Both the position numbers and the translations under genes were made by a program. Below the pieces are notes generated by a model. It ran no database searches. It had not been told where the DNA came from and was given only the letters and a program-made list of their open reading frames with translations. Shown here piece after piece: positions 30,340 to 42,137 of a DNA stretch of 64,000 nt (position 1 is its first letter; each line of letters begins with the position of its first letter). This stretch comes from Octopus sinensis. Its lineage: Eukaryota. The DNA is taken from NCBI RefSeq assembly GCF_006345805.1, contig NC_043016.1, positions 558,001 to 622,000 on the forward strand, read 5' to 3'.

Positions 30340-33300
30340 GTTTGGGTAGTAAGGAGAGCTACAGTAGGTACCTTCCCTCGGCGGTGATGCGATCCTCTAC
30401 CATCTTTCCTAATGTTCAACATCTACTTCACTTCCGTGTTTACAACCACTCCTGAGTCGTCCTCCCACTCGCCTTGTCGACCCGCATGGATTATAGTGAC
30501 CTTGCTGTGTTAAATGGCGTCCTCTCCTCGCAAGTTGATCTTTCTTTTTCTCTTTCTTTTTCTTTTCTCTCTGTTATAATTTTTTTCTTTCTGTCAATGT
30601 CGGTGTAGTAAGGGAATTTGAGCGCCCTTCACTTATAAAATGACCCAATAAGCTGCACAATACGTGTCCCTTGACAGTCAAGACAGACAGGAGAAGGGGT
30701 AGGCGAGTGTCTGGCGCCTTCAAATAGCTAGTGCTCCGTACAGGCCATACTCGTTAGCCTTGGATGGAAAGCAGCCTAGAAGGACCACTCTAGTAACCTA
30801 AAATCTCACCTCGTTTGTGAGTGAAAATGCAAAGTAGAAAAGATGACAATAACAGTGTGAACGGGACTGGAAAGAATGTTAAAGGTGTCTCACCCAGCAT
30901 GTGCCCCACCCGGTAGGTGCCCCACTGTCCAGCAGAGTGGGTCCGGTCGTAATCCAGCAACTGCTAGCCATGATGCAAGGCATAAGTGGAGTAAACAAGT
31001 AAACATGATGGTTAAGGAATGTTTCTACCGAAGCACCTCAGTGGATGCAAATGGCGTGCCAGTCAGAGGGTACAGAAAACGAATGCACAATGCATGGAAG
31101 GCAATGGATCTGTTTGAAATTACATAACAGAGATTGTGTGACCAAGCAAGAGCAATACGAAAGAATGGATGGTTAACGGAATTGGAGCTAGAAGTTGTTA
31201 AAAGAAGGATATCGGGTAATGCTGGACATACGAGAAACGAAAGTGGTACAGTGGAAGAGATGGACAATAGTCCGCAAGAATATACCAACGTGAATTGTGA
31301 AAGAATCGAGATTAGTGACTACTTAAACAATGAAGACCGATTAATAATAGACAAGATTTTTGGATTTGTTTAATTCAGAGGGGACAGAATTAATGTGCGT
31401 CTTTAGGGAGGCTAACCAATGGAAGCTAAATCAAGAGACGAGTATAGTCAATATCGTATTGAGACACATTGAAACAAAGAAAACCACACAAACAAATAAT
31501 CTTATCAAGACTGTCAGTTGGAATCTGGCAGAAAAATGGGACTGAGAACAGAACAGCAATGGATCGAAGAGAAAATAAACACCTTGGTGGAAAAGGAGAA
31601 TTTCAGAAGATGATGGAACAGTGTAGTGTCAATACTTGTCAGGAAAAGAAATGGAGAACTTGAGAATGAGTGCAAATTTGAAAACGTTAGGAAGAAGTAT
31701 GGTGTAGATACAAAAGCTCCGAATGTTTTAATTAAAGAATTGATACAGCACATACTTGCAAAAAAAAAAAAGGAAAGAAAGAACGGAAGAACAGAAAGAA
31801 AAAAGCAAAGCTAACTAGGTTTGAACAATGGATTAAGCAATATTGGCAAAACAAATTGTTTAGAATTGACCAAAAAAGAATTTACTAAGAGATTAATAAT
31901 GATAAAAAACTTGAAAGATTAGTCCCTGATGCTGATGCTGGGGTAAGATATGCAGTAAGCAAGAACAACATAATACTACATGTGAATAAGACGGCGAGCT
32001 GGCAGAACCGTCAGCACGTTGGTCGAAATGCGTAGCCGTATTTCGTCTGCTGGTACGTTCTGAGTTCAAATTCCGCCGAGGTCCACTTTGCCTTTCATAC
32101 TTTCGGGGTCGATAAATTAAGTACCTGTTTCGCACTGGGATCGATGTAATCGACTTAATTCGTTTGTCTGTCCTTGTTTGTTCCCTCTATGTTTAGCCCC
32201 TTCTGGGTAATAAAGAAACAAATACTACAGGTGAATGGCTCTGTAGGCTGAAACAAACAGCTTCTTATCCTTAGTGTGAAGCTATCCATTTCACTGAAGA
32301 CAGTATAAGAAATATGAATAAAAAGATAAGCAATTTGAAATCAGCAGGACCTGATGGTGTGCTTGGATGTTGGATTAAAAAAAGTTCAGTAGTTGCCATA
32401 AATTGATTGCAGATCAATCTAATGCATTGATCAGTGGAGAAGAAATCCCGGGCTGGTTGACAAAAGGACGAACGGTGATGCGTCTGAAGAATGCATCAAA
32501 ATGAAATACTCTGACAATTACAGGCCAATTTCTTGTGGAAATTACTGTCAGGAGGAATTGCAGAAGAACTGTACAAAGTTCTTGATGAGAACGATATATT
32601 ACCGACGGAACGAAAATGCTGTAGGAGGAGATGCAGAGGTACCAAAAATTAATTATTGAAAAACAATAAAAGGAGAACAAAGTTGGGAATAGACTGGATT
32701 GATTATGGCAAAACTTATGATATAATTGTACATTCGTAGATCACCGAGTGCTGAGATATGTTTGGAATTGCGAGGAATATAACGTATTTCCTGAAGAGAA
32801 GTATGACCGGGTGGAAAACCGAACTGGCAGCCTACGAAAAAATCTTGGCCACCCTGGCGATCAGAAGAGAGATTTTCCAGGATGATAGCTTATCTTCGTT
32901 AATTTTTGTTCTCTGCATGATACCTATGACCTTGGTACTTAGGAAAATATATCTGGGAGACAAACTAAGGGAAAAAAACCCCAAACAATCAACCATCTCC
33001 TCTTCATGAATGATTTAAAGCTGTATGGTAAAGGTGAGACACAAGTTAGTTCCTTGGTGAACACGGTCCACTGTTTTGGTGGTGCTGATATTAGAAGGAA
33101 ATTCGGACTCAAGAAGTGTGGGATAATCTACCTAACATGAAGCAAGGTACAGTCCCTACCACAGATTGAATTTCCGAATAGACAATTGATTAAGCAAATT
33201 GAAACGGAAGGATACAAATACCCTGGTGTACTACAGTCCAACGAGATAATGGAGAAGGAAATAAAACAGCAACTGAGGATGGAACGTTGCCGAAGACTAA

Positions 33301-33848
33301 GGTTGGTTTTTCGTGCAAAATTGACCGGATAGAATATAATCCAAGCAGTTAATACACGGGTGATAGCATAACTTCTTTATGGAGCGGGAATTATAAATTG
33401 CCAAAAGAGAGAAATGAAGAAGATGGATACAAAAACCAGAAAAATGTTGACAGTACAAGGAGCCTTTCACGTTAAGAGTGATACCGATAGGCTGTACTTG
33501 TCTAGAAGTAAGGTTGGGAGAGATTTGATCAGTAGCCAGAACTGTACCGAAGTAAAGGGTGGTATATAAAAAATGCCGTGGAGCTATTGTTGAAACATAC
33601 GAAGGCCGGCGTCATCAATACTGAAAATTGTTTAAAGAAAGAAAAATTTAAAGAAAAAAATGAACACAAAAAAGAAACTGCATGGAAGGAGAGAAAAATG
33701 TACGGTCAGTTAGCAAAATATGCGAACGTCAAGCCAAAGGCAGAAAACCGGTGGCTATGGATGATGAGGAGTGACCTGAAGATAAAGACAGAAGCATTCA
33801 TATGTGCAGCTCCAGAACAAGCGTTAAGGACCAACTATATGAAGTTGT
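30340..33848 (+). mobile_element. Near-full-length decayed R4/Dong LINE (5' UTR, N-terminal domain, RT, up to just before the CCHC finger)
   Basis: HKWSKQVN...RGYRKRMHNAWK...[20 protein letters not shown]; RT IFQDDSLSSLIFVLCMIP, HLLFMNDLKLY; MYGQL...APEQALRTNY. Confidence 0.9.
31988..32220 (+). mobile_element. Family A SINE inserted in Dong, 16-bp TSD
   Basis: TSD aatactaca(t/g)gtgaat at 31972-31987 and 32221-32236. Confidence 0.92.
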
Positions 33849-34080
33849 AGGGCGGCAAGCTGGCAGAAACGTTAGCACGCCGGGCGAAATGCGTAACCCT
33901 ATTTCGTCTGCCGTTACGTTCTGAGTTCAAATTCCGCCGAGGTCGACTTTGCCTTTCATCCTTTCGGGGTCGATTAAATTAGTACCAGTTACGCACTGGA
34001 CTCGATATAATCGACTTAATCCGTTTGTCTGTCCTTGTTTGTCCTCTCTGTGTTTAGCCCCTTGCGGGTAATAAAGAAAC
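33849..34080 (+). mobile_element. Family A SINE, full length
   Basis: Complete head, Meta-like core and tail ...ccccttgcgggtaataaagaaa. Confidence 0.92.
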
Positions 34081-34101
34081 ATTTATGAAGTGCAGAATAG
34101 A

Positions 34102-34197
<96 letters not shown>

Positions 34198-34324
34198 TAA
34201 TAATAATAAACAATCCCTATAATAATAGGTACATTAGGCACGATTAAAAAACTTTCGAATACATAACCAAAATATCAGGACTTACGAATGTATATAACAT
34301 AGAAAATAGCACAATTGATTTCAT

Positions 34325-36415
34325 TTATTTGTCACAAGGGTGAAGGATGAGGGGGACAATACAGAAACAGACATAAAGTGTTGGGGGTAAACATATAATG
34401 AAATGAGAAAAAAAGGATAGAAAGAAAGAAATTATGTTTACGCGGTATAAACTGAAAAAGCATACAAGGGTTACGAAAATGTAGTGGCGGGGAGGATGAT
34501 AGCGATGAGGCTCTTCTAATAGAGGAAGGCCTCCAGAGATAGTCCGAGACTGCCTTGAAACCCCAAGAGGAAGTGCTCTCTCCAATTCCTTCCCTCCGAC
34601 TCACAGGTACCATCTACTCTTGCCATTTTCGATGCTCTCGGTGTCGGGGGTTGACCTGCTTTCTCTTCTGTGGGTCTTACGAATAGTAATGGGTCACGTT
34701 TCGGACTTATCCCATCTTGCGAGCTCCGGGACGAAGACCGCTTCGCTCAACAGCAACAGCAACAGCCCCAACAGTCATAAGGAAACCATAATATTAACAG
34801 CCATTTTCGCAACTTTCACCTTCCAATAAAACTCACTCGAGGACAACACTTCCCTCTCCACTTTCAATTTTCTTTTCAAGTAAAACTTGAAGAAGACAAT
34901 GAGAGCTCTACCAAAGAGGAATGTAATTGTCCTCATGCCTTTCAGCCTTGTCCACCAAACAGTCTCTTTCACTATAGCAACCAGGCAAAGGAAAACTGTC
35001 TTGCCTTCCCGATTGAAGGGCGGCGGTGCTATCATCACTACAGACTCGGCCGACAGCCAGATTCGTCCCACATGTGACAACGGTTGTTCGACATAACTTC
35101 ACAAGTCAGCAATGTCTGTCCACTGAACGAAGGCATGCAGAATGGTTTCGCCACTTTGCGCACAACTCGGACCAGCCCATCTGACAGCACATTCATACCT
35201 ATAGAGTACCCCCCGCTAGCACTGCCAGGCCAAGGACATCTGGAAAGTATGCATGATAATTCCCGACCTGAAAATCCCCCGGAACAGACTAGCCTGTTCG
35301 TTCTTGTCGGCGCCCAGAGTCTCTACGAGAAAGACGTCGCACTTCCTCGCCACTAATGCTCTATAAATTTCTAAAGTGGAGCATCCACCGATCTCATTGT
35401 CCGACTAGTAGAGAGCTGTGAGCGCCTGATAATATTCTGGGTGCTCCGTCAAGGAAACGAGTTGCAGAAAGACGAGCCTCATAAACGGAGCCCAGACGCT
35501 CACCGTCCAGGCATCATTGCAGGTGACGTAATCTAAGAGCGTGTATGCGCATTAGGAGCCACGGCATACCTAATTTGCCACTCAGAGTATACTGGCAACA
35601 GACTGACCGCCTGACCATTCGAACGCGCCCTTCCGCAAGAATTTAAATAAGAGACGCTCCAATCTCGTCAAGCAGTAACTGGGACAAGGCACGACAGTCG
35701 ACCGATAAATGATAACAGAGTCCTTTCAGGGACAAATTCCTCTCAGTTCATTTCTGGGTAAGACTTGCTAGCCACCCTATTCTCCACCTTGTCTCAGTTC
35801 TTGTCAACCTGGAGGTCGGGACCAGCGTCCGACGATGCCGTCCGATCGCATTGTCCTGTCTCTCCAGGAGCCCAACCGCAAATCCACCGTTTTGTCGGAG
35901 TTGATGTTATCTTCTGCAATCGACTCATATTCTTTTAGGATGGTGCCGACTGTCTCCACTTCAGAGGCATCCGACACTATGACGGTGACGTCGTCTGCGT
36001 ATGCCGACACTACTCTTCCTTGTCCCAGTTCGAAAGAGATACCCCTTAGCTGTTCCAACTTCCGCAGCAGTGGCTCGAGTGCCAATACGTATAGAAGAGG
36101 CCACAGCGGGCAGCCTTGACGGAGTGAGCGTGTGATGCCAAACGGCTCCGATAGTGGCCATTTACTTTGACCACTGAACAGATGCCACTATGCGTTGCAG
36201 CCTCCAGCCTCTGAAAACGTGTCCGAAACCGCCTGCTTTCAGGACGGTTTCCAAGTAGCAATGGTCGACCCTATCCAATGTTTTCGATTGACCCAAATTG
36301 ATCAGAGCACCCTCGAGCCAGCTTTGGTCCCAGCATTCTCTATGATGTATCGCATTAGGTGGAAGTTGTCGTGGATAGATCTGCTCGGGATTGTGCATGT
36401 TTGCTTGACCGTAAC
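34325..36415 (-). mobile_element. Tx1 (L1-clade) LINE fragment A: RT C-terminal half, C-terminal domain, 3' UTR
   Basis: QTCTIPSRSIHDNFHLMRYII; ALEPLLRKL...AYADD; AIVKETVWWTR; 3' UTR ends aataaatgaaa. Confidence 0.88.
34632..34799 (+). mobile_element. 5'-truncated SINE tail (type iv) plus a 38-bp extension, inserted into Tx1-A with a 10-bp TSD
   Basis: Matches the reverse complement of about 47770-47915; TSD gccattttcg at 34622-34631 and 34800-34809. Confidence 0.85.
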
Positions 36416-36540
36416 TAGTTGAGCATGTTCTTTGTGGCTGACGATATGTGCATCTCTGATCATGAGCGGAAGTAGCGGGGGAGCATCATAGCCAAGTGTT
36501 GAGAGGATTTCTTTAATGTTTGAATAATTAACCTCTGGAA
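36416..36540. mobile_element. Fragment of unclassified interspersed repeat E
   Basis: Matches 37380-37505 and 63300-63350. Confidence 0.8.
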
Positions 36541-36854
36541 GAACTTGGGATACAGAAGAATTCACCTCTGGAAGAACTTGGAATAGAGAAGAATTCACCT
36601 TTGGAAGTACTTGGGATACAGAAGAATTCACCCCTGGAAGTACTTGAGGTACAGAAGAATTCACCCCTGGAAGTACTTGTGATACAGAAGAATTCTCCCT
36701 TGGAAGTACTTGGGATACAGAAGAACTCACCCTTGGAAATACTTGGGATACAGAAGAATTCACCTCTAGAAGTACTTGGGATTCAGAAAAAAAAAATCAC
36801 CTATGGAAGTAATCGGGGTACAGAAGAATTCACTCCTGGAAGTATTTGGGACAC
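36522..36854. repeat. 33-bp minisatellite, about 10 units (gaagaattcacctctggaagtacttgggataca)
   Basis: Directly visible; the first unit overlaps repeat E sequence. Confidence 0.95.
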
Positions 36855-37354
36855 AGAAGTATGCCATCACTCCTTCAGGACTACCCAGATATTGCAGAGC
36901 CAGAGTTTCAGTTTTGAATAAGACATCCATGTTTCCAGTACTGTGTGATCACAATTCTTTCCACCAGAGCATTAGCTGCGTTCACCAGGCGACGGCTCCT
37001 CGCTGAGATGCAGCACTGGCATATTGCTCTTTTTAAAATGCCATTTGAGAAGCCTTGAGGGCGGGGCTGATAATTTTCAATTAATGCTTTCCTCACCTGA
37101 ATGTTTCTATAACGAGCAGTTTCCTCTATCTTTTGGATCTTTTCTTCTAAACAGAGTTTAATTAGTTCCATCTGCCTTGCTATGCCCGCAAAGTTGGTTT
37201 GCAGTCAATGTTGTTGTTTGGTGAGTTTTTGATGGTGTTTATGTTGCCGCTATTGCTACTGCTGAATGTATTACTATATTACTGTTATCGTTACTCTTAA
37301 TATTATTGTTGTCGTGGTTGCTGTTAATATTATGGTTTCCTTATGACTGTTGGG

Positions 37355-37740
37355 GCTTGTCAGTTGTTTGACTCTTAACGAGTTGAGCATGTCCCTTAGT
37401 GGCTGACGATATGTGCATCTCTGATCACGCGCAGAAGTAGTGAGGAGCATCATAGCCATGCGTTGAAAGTAATTCTTTGGCGTTTGAATAATTCACTTCT
37501 GGAAACATAGGTGCTTCGTTCAACACCCTTAAACAATCCTTATTCAGGGACCTTTTGAGCGGGATGGGCTACTCGACCTGAAGAAAATTCTAACTGCGCC
37601 CCACCTGCAAGGTCATGTGCTGTTTATCTTGATATGAGATCACTATGTCGTGCACATATGGTTGTGATGCATGTGCTTAATGTACCCTTATTATACGTGA
37701 AGTCATGATGGGTATACTGGGCTTCATATATTTTACCCCA
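37355..37740. mobile_element. Unclassified interspersed repeat E, about 390 bp
   Basis: Three partial copies in the window; no A/B boxes or TIRs recognised. Confidence 0.75.
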
Positions 37741-37795
37741 ACGTCACTTTGATGGCATGCACTGCTCTCACACTCATAATAATAATAATAATAAC

Positions 37796-37919
<124 letters not shown>

Positions 37920-37989
37920 ATGTATATGAGTGTAGGTATGGATTCTGAGCTTTGGTTGACAACTAACCCTGTAATGGTGTGACGATAAA

Positions 37990-39330
37990 ATACTGGTGAT
38001 CGCACAACCTTATAAATGCTATCTCAAAATGAATAATGTTATATTCAAGTAGTAATTAAAGCTATGTTAACGGGAACGGAACTGCTATCAGAGAAGGTAT
38101 CGCGTACGACAGTCAAGAACTATCTGACCGAGCTCCAACAGGTTGTCATCAGGCCATTGATTAGGACCAGACTCGAAGTTAAAAGTGCAGATGGAGGAAA
38201 TTGAAATGAGAAAAAGAGGTGATCAAGATTGTGATTGGATAGCCGGCTGAGAAATAAGCGAAATAAAAAAAAAGGTTTCATGAAACGAATGATAAGAAAA
38301 TGGGATGAAGAGGGAGCCTATGAAGCATTCTCCCAGCGATTGATAGACGAGGCCAAAGGAAATTCGTATGGACGAGAGGATTACAGGATTAGAGGTGGAA
38401 GAACTTCAGAGAAGAATACAAAATGAGCACGAAGAGTGTGAAACAACAATGTCAGGAATTGATAATGGAGTAAGAGATACAGAAAATGAAAAAAGGAAGA
38501 AATCACTATGCTGATGAAATAAATAGTGAAGGAGATTTAGTTGGACAAGTGACAATAAATGTGGCACAGGAGCTGAATGATGGAGAAAAGCAGAATGTAG
38601 AAATGATGCAAGGTTTGGTGTGAAGAATGAAGTGCCGCCATATGTAAACTATATAGACAGAGGGAAAATAAGTATAGCCAGAGGCAAATTAAATGCCGTT
38701 TGAGCTTGGTTAAAACAGAGAATGTTAGCGAAACAAAACGATTAATCATAGCTGCTGCTAATGTAGCTGACATAATAGGATGCAAATGGAAGACCTGCAA
38801 AAAAAAGAAGGGTAATGAAAAGAATGAACTAAACTGGAGGAAAAGGTTACGAATGAAGTTGGGAAGACGCAGAAAGAACTGAAGCAATCGTATAGGATAA
38901 TGGGAAGAGAATGAGATAGCGATCAGAAAATTGAATGGACAGTACATGTTAGAAAAGAGAGGAAAGCAAACAGTGCATGAAGGATTTTCACAAAGGGTAA
39001 TTGCGTTAAAGGCCAAACAGAAAAGATATGATACTAGATGCAAAGGTTTTGAAATTGCGAGAATTCAGAATCTGGAAACTGTAAAGGTTGCGCCTGTAAT
39101 AATTGGTGCAGTAGGAACTGTGAGTAATTATATAGACAAATGGTTGAAGAAGATAGAAATGGAATTTCCTGTAGAACTTCCTGCAGAATCTTCTTAGGAT
39201 AATGAAAGATTATCAGAAGGGTTTAGAGCGCTTGAAAGATTATTGAAAGCTTGTGGATAGCTAAGGTTGCAGGTAGTAATCTGTTAGCCATATAAATTCA
39301 GGAATAAGACCAAACCGAGTCAAATCTAAT
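37990..39330 (+). mobile_element. R4/Dong LINE with the RT region internally deleted
   Basis: N-terminal-type peptides (TKRLIIAAANV...WRKRL, SQRVIALKAKQKRYD) run in frame into the C-terminal VAPVIIGAVGTV motif. Confidence 0.75.
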
Positions 39331-39469
39331 AACATTGTAACACGACTTTTGCTCTTCGGTCGCAATTGTTATTTCCTATTTGCTTATCCTTAGAAACTAT
39401 ACAAAATGGTTAATATCTCCTTGAAAATTTGCTCTTGTCACATTTATTCAAAACTTAAAGTATCCCTCT

Positions 39470-40170
39470 CAGTCCATGACATACTCTTCTCTTTTTCAAA
39501 TCTTCCATTTGTTTCCTATGCACATATTGTCAGTCACTAAGCGACATATACATCGACCACACAACAGACCACACAAGAGAGAGCCATCAATGTGCAGAAA
39601 GTGTTGGCAGGAACTGAGAGGGTACTTACATTATCGGCGACTGCTCACGGTTAGCACAAAAAAGAGCACGGAGGTTATTTGACAATATCGTTATTAGCAT
39701 GTTCTAGAAATACAAAAAAAAAGCACGATCTTCCGTGCAGAGATAAATGTCACCATAGCACAAGCCTTGGTTGAGAATGTGCGAATGAAGTTCACGTGGA
39801 ACATGATTATCTTTACTGATCGCCAAATTATGCACTAAGACACACATGAATGGGTCATTATAGGCATCGCTGTTTCTGCTGACTACACTGTTGAAATCTC
39901 GGAAAGAATGAAGATAATCAAATACCAGAATTTGGAGAGCCTGCTACGAGGAAATACATCAAGTAGCAGTTCAATTTTCCCTTGTGTTATCGGTGCACTC
40001 ATAACGATTTCAAAGAATCTGGATACAATAACTAAGGGCTTCGACTTTACAGATATATTAGAGAGTGCACAGATGGCTGCGGTGCTTGGAACGGCTAATG
40101 TGCTGAAGGTGTTGTGCCTCTGGGTTGTGGGTAGGAGCTGAGACATAATTACATAAATGATCTGTGTTGT
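39470..40170 (+). mobile_element. R4/Dong-type 3' fragment
   Basis: CRKC finger remnant; KIIKYQNL...FPCVIGALITI; SAQMAAVLGTANVLKVL; ends at CAA/GAT/AAT repeats. Confidence 0.75.
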
Positions 40171-40272
40171 AGAACAACAACGATAATAATAACATTAATA
40201 ACAACTACAGCAAAACAACAATGACAACAAAATAACAACAAAGATGATGATGATGATGATGATGATGATGAC

Positions 40273-40347
<75 letters not shown>

Positions 40348-40407
40348 GAAAACGAAGACTTAGGAAGTTGCTCAATGCACAACGCACTCCATCCTGAAAG
40401 CAATACC

Positions 40408-40637
40408 TATTTCTTTACTACCCACAAGGGGCTAAGCACAGAGAAGACAAACAAGGACAGACAAACGGATCAAGTCGATTATATCGACCCCAGTGCGTAA
40501 CTGGTACTTATTTAATCGATCCCGAAAGGATGAAAGGCAAAGTCGACCTCGGCGGAATTTGAACTCAGAACGTAGTTGCAGACGAAATACTGCTAAGCAT
40601 TTCGCCCGGCGTGCTAACGATTGTCAGCTCGCCGCCT
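40408..40637 (-). mobile_element. Family A SINE, 16-bp TSD
   Basis: TSD tcctgaaagcaatacc at 40392-40407 and 40638-40653. Confidence 0.93.
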
Positions 40638-40659
40638 TCCTGAAAGCAATACCGACCGG

Positions 40660-41630
40660 CTCAATTTATTAAGAAAGAAAGGCGGCGGAGGATTACTAAA
40701 CGCGGAAGACACTGTTAATATTGCGATACTGGGTCTGAAAAATAATATTGTGCAGAGTAAAGAGAGATTACTATCGGCAGCCAGAGATATCGAAAAGTGA
40801 TTGGAACAATAGGGAAATTCAAAGAGTAAAGGAGGAACAACAGAACAAATAGATGGAAAGAAATAGAACAACCCGACCAATTCATGCAAAAACATTGGAA
40901 GTAAAGATGGCTGGCTCTGGTTGACGGACGGGAACTTCAAACGGGAGACAGACATGTTAATTATAGCCGCTCAGGAACAAATCTGATAAAGGCTAAGATC
41001 GACAAAACTCAGGGATGGTGACGAAAAGTATGAATAGCATTTTGAGTGAGTGCAGTATTGTAGAACAAAAAGAGTATAATAGCAGATATGACTGTGTAGG
41101 CAAAAGTATGCATTGGGATGTTAGCCGAGTGTGTGACTTCAAAACAAAAAAAAATGTGGTATAAACACAAAACAGAAGCCGTGAGAGAAAATGAGTATTA
41201 CAAGAGGTTGTAGGATTTTCCCATAAAAACTGAACATATTACTGAAGCAAGATAACTGGATATTGTAATAGGGACTAAATAAACAAGCAATGTAAGATAA
41301 TAGATTTTGTAACTCCCTATGATAGCAGAGTCGATAGAAAGAAATTGAAACAATTGAGAAATAACAGGGATCTAGCCAGAGAGCTGAGGAGACTGTGGAA
41401 GAGCAAGACAACAATTATTCTGTAACAATTAGCGCACTTGGCACAACACCCGAAATGCTATCTAAAAGACTGAAAGAAATTGGAACAGAAACTTGCATTG
41501 TCGACCAGCAGCAAAGAACAGTTCTATATTTTCCAAGAATTTTAAGAAAGTTTCTTGAGATTTGAGGTGACTTGTTGCCACCAAGCCTCAAGGTAAAATA
41601 CCTGCTGACTAAATTCGCATGCACTTGCGA
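40660..41630 (+). mobile_element. R4/Dong-type 3' fragment
   Basis: MLIIAAQEQ, SILSECSIVEQKEY, HWDV, IIDFVTPYD, ARELRRLW motifs across frameshifts. Confidence 0.82.
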
Positions 41631-42079
41631 AATATTTTTTCTAGTATAGGCACAAAGCCTGAAATTCTTGGGATAGTCGATTGCATTGACACCAGTACGT
41701 AACTGGTACTTATTTCAGTGATCCCGAAAAGATGAAAGGCAAAATCGACTTGAACGTAATTCGGTCTCAAGAGAGCCATATGTCCTACACGTATTCAGTT
41801 TTATTTTTGTAGATTAGTTTATTGCATTAGGTTCCAGGCACTTCGTGGTGTTGTTCTAAGAGTGCCATGTGGAAGTTTACTGATTTTGACATAGTACAAA
41901 CTGAATGACTATTAAATTAAATGACTAAGAAAGCAGGAATTACATCGAAAAAAAAAAAAATATTGATCAGTTTCCTGTACAAAGCAGCGGAGTTTGGTTT
42001 GCGCCGTAGTGCTATGATCGCAGGTGTTCCTACTGAGTGAATAAGAAGATAAGTTGATTATAGTCTGCTTATTCACCAG

Positions 42080-42137
42080 GTTCAGCCTAACAACTTCCAA
42101 GAATTTCTCATGAGATATATTGCTGGTCATGGGAAGG
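42080..42137 (+). other. Candidate 58-nt coding exon (VQPNNFQEFLMRYIAGHGK), product unknown
   Basis: ttattcaccag| acceptor, AGG|gtaagt donor, only one of three frames open; a minus-strand exon reading is also possible. Confidence 0.3.

Noticed and set aside
30500-30545. ctcctcgc resembling the HDV ribozyme L3 loop in the Dong 5' UTR
   Set aside because: The flanking bases cannot form P3, and no P1/P1.1 partner was found.
36522-36854. Regularly spaced ~33-bp repeats suggesting a CRISPR array
   Set aside because: There are no unique spacers and no cas genes; this is a eukaryotic tandem repeat.
36302-36921. 11-aa repeat ORFs (VNSSVSQVLPE; LEVLGIQKNSP) resembling a repeat protein
   Set aside because: They are an artefact of the 33-bp minisatellite being open on both strands, inside TE debris.
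36890-37200. 87-aa minus-strand ORF as the upstream part of Tx1-A
   Set aside because: It lacks the Tx1 linker motifs seen in Tx1-B; its origin is unresolved.
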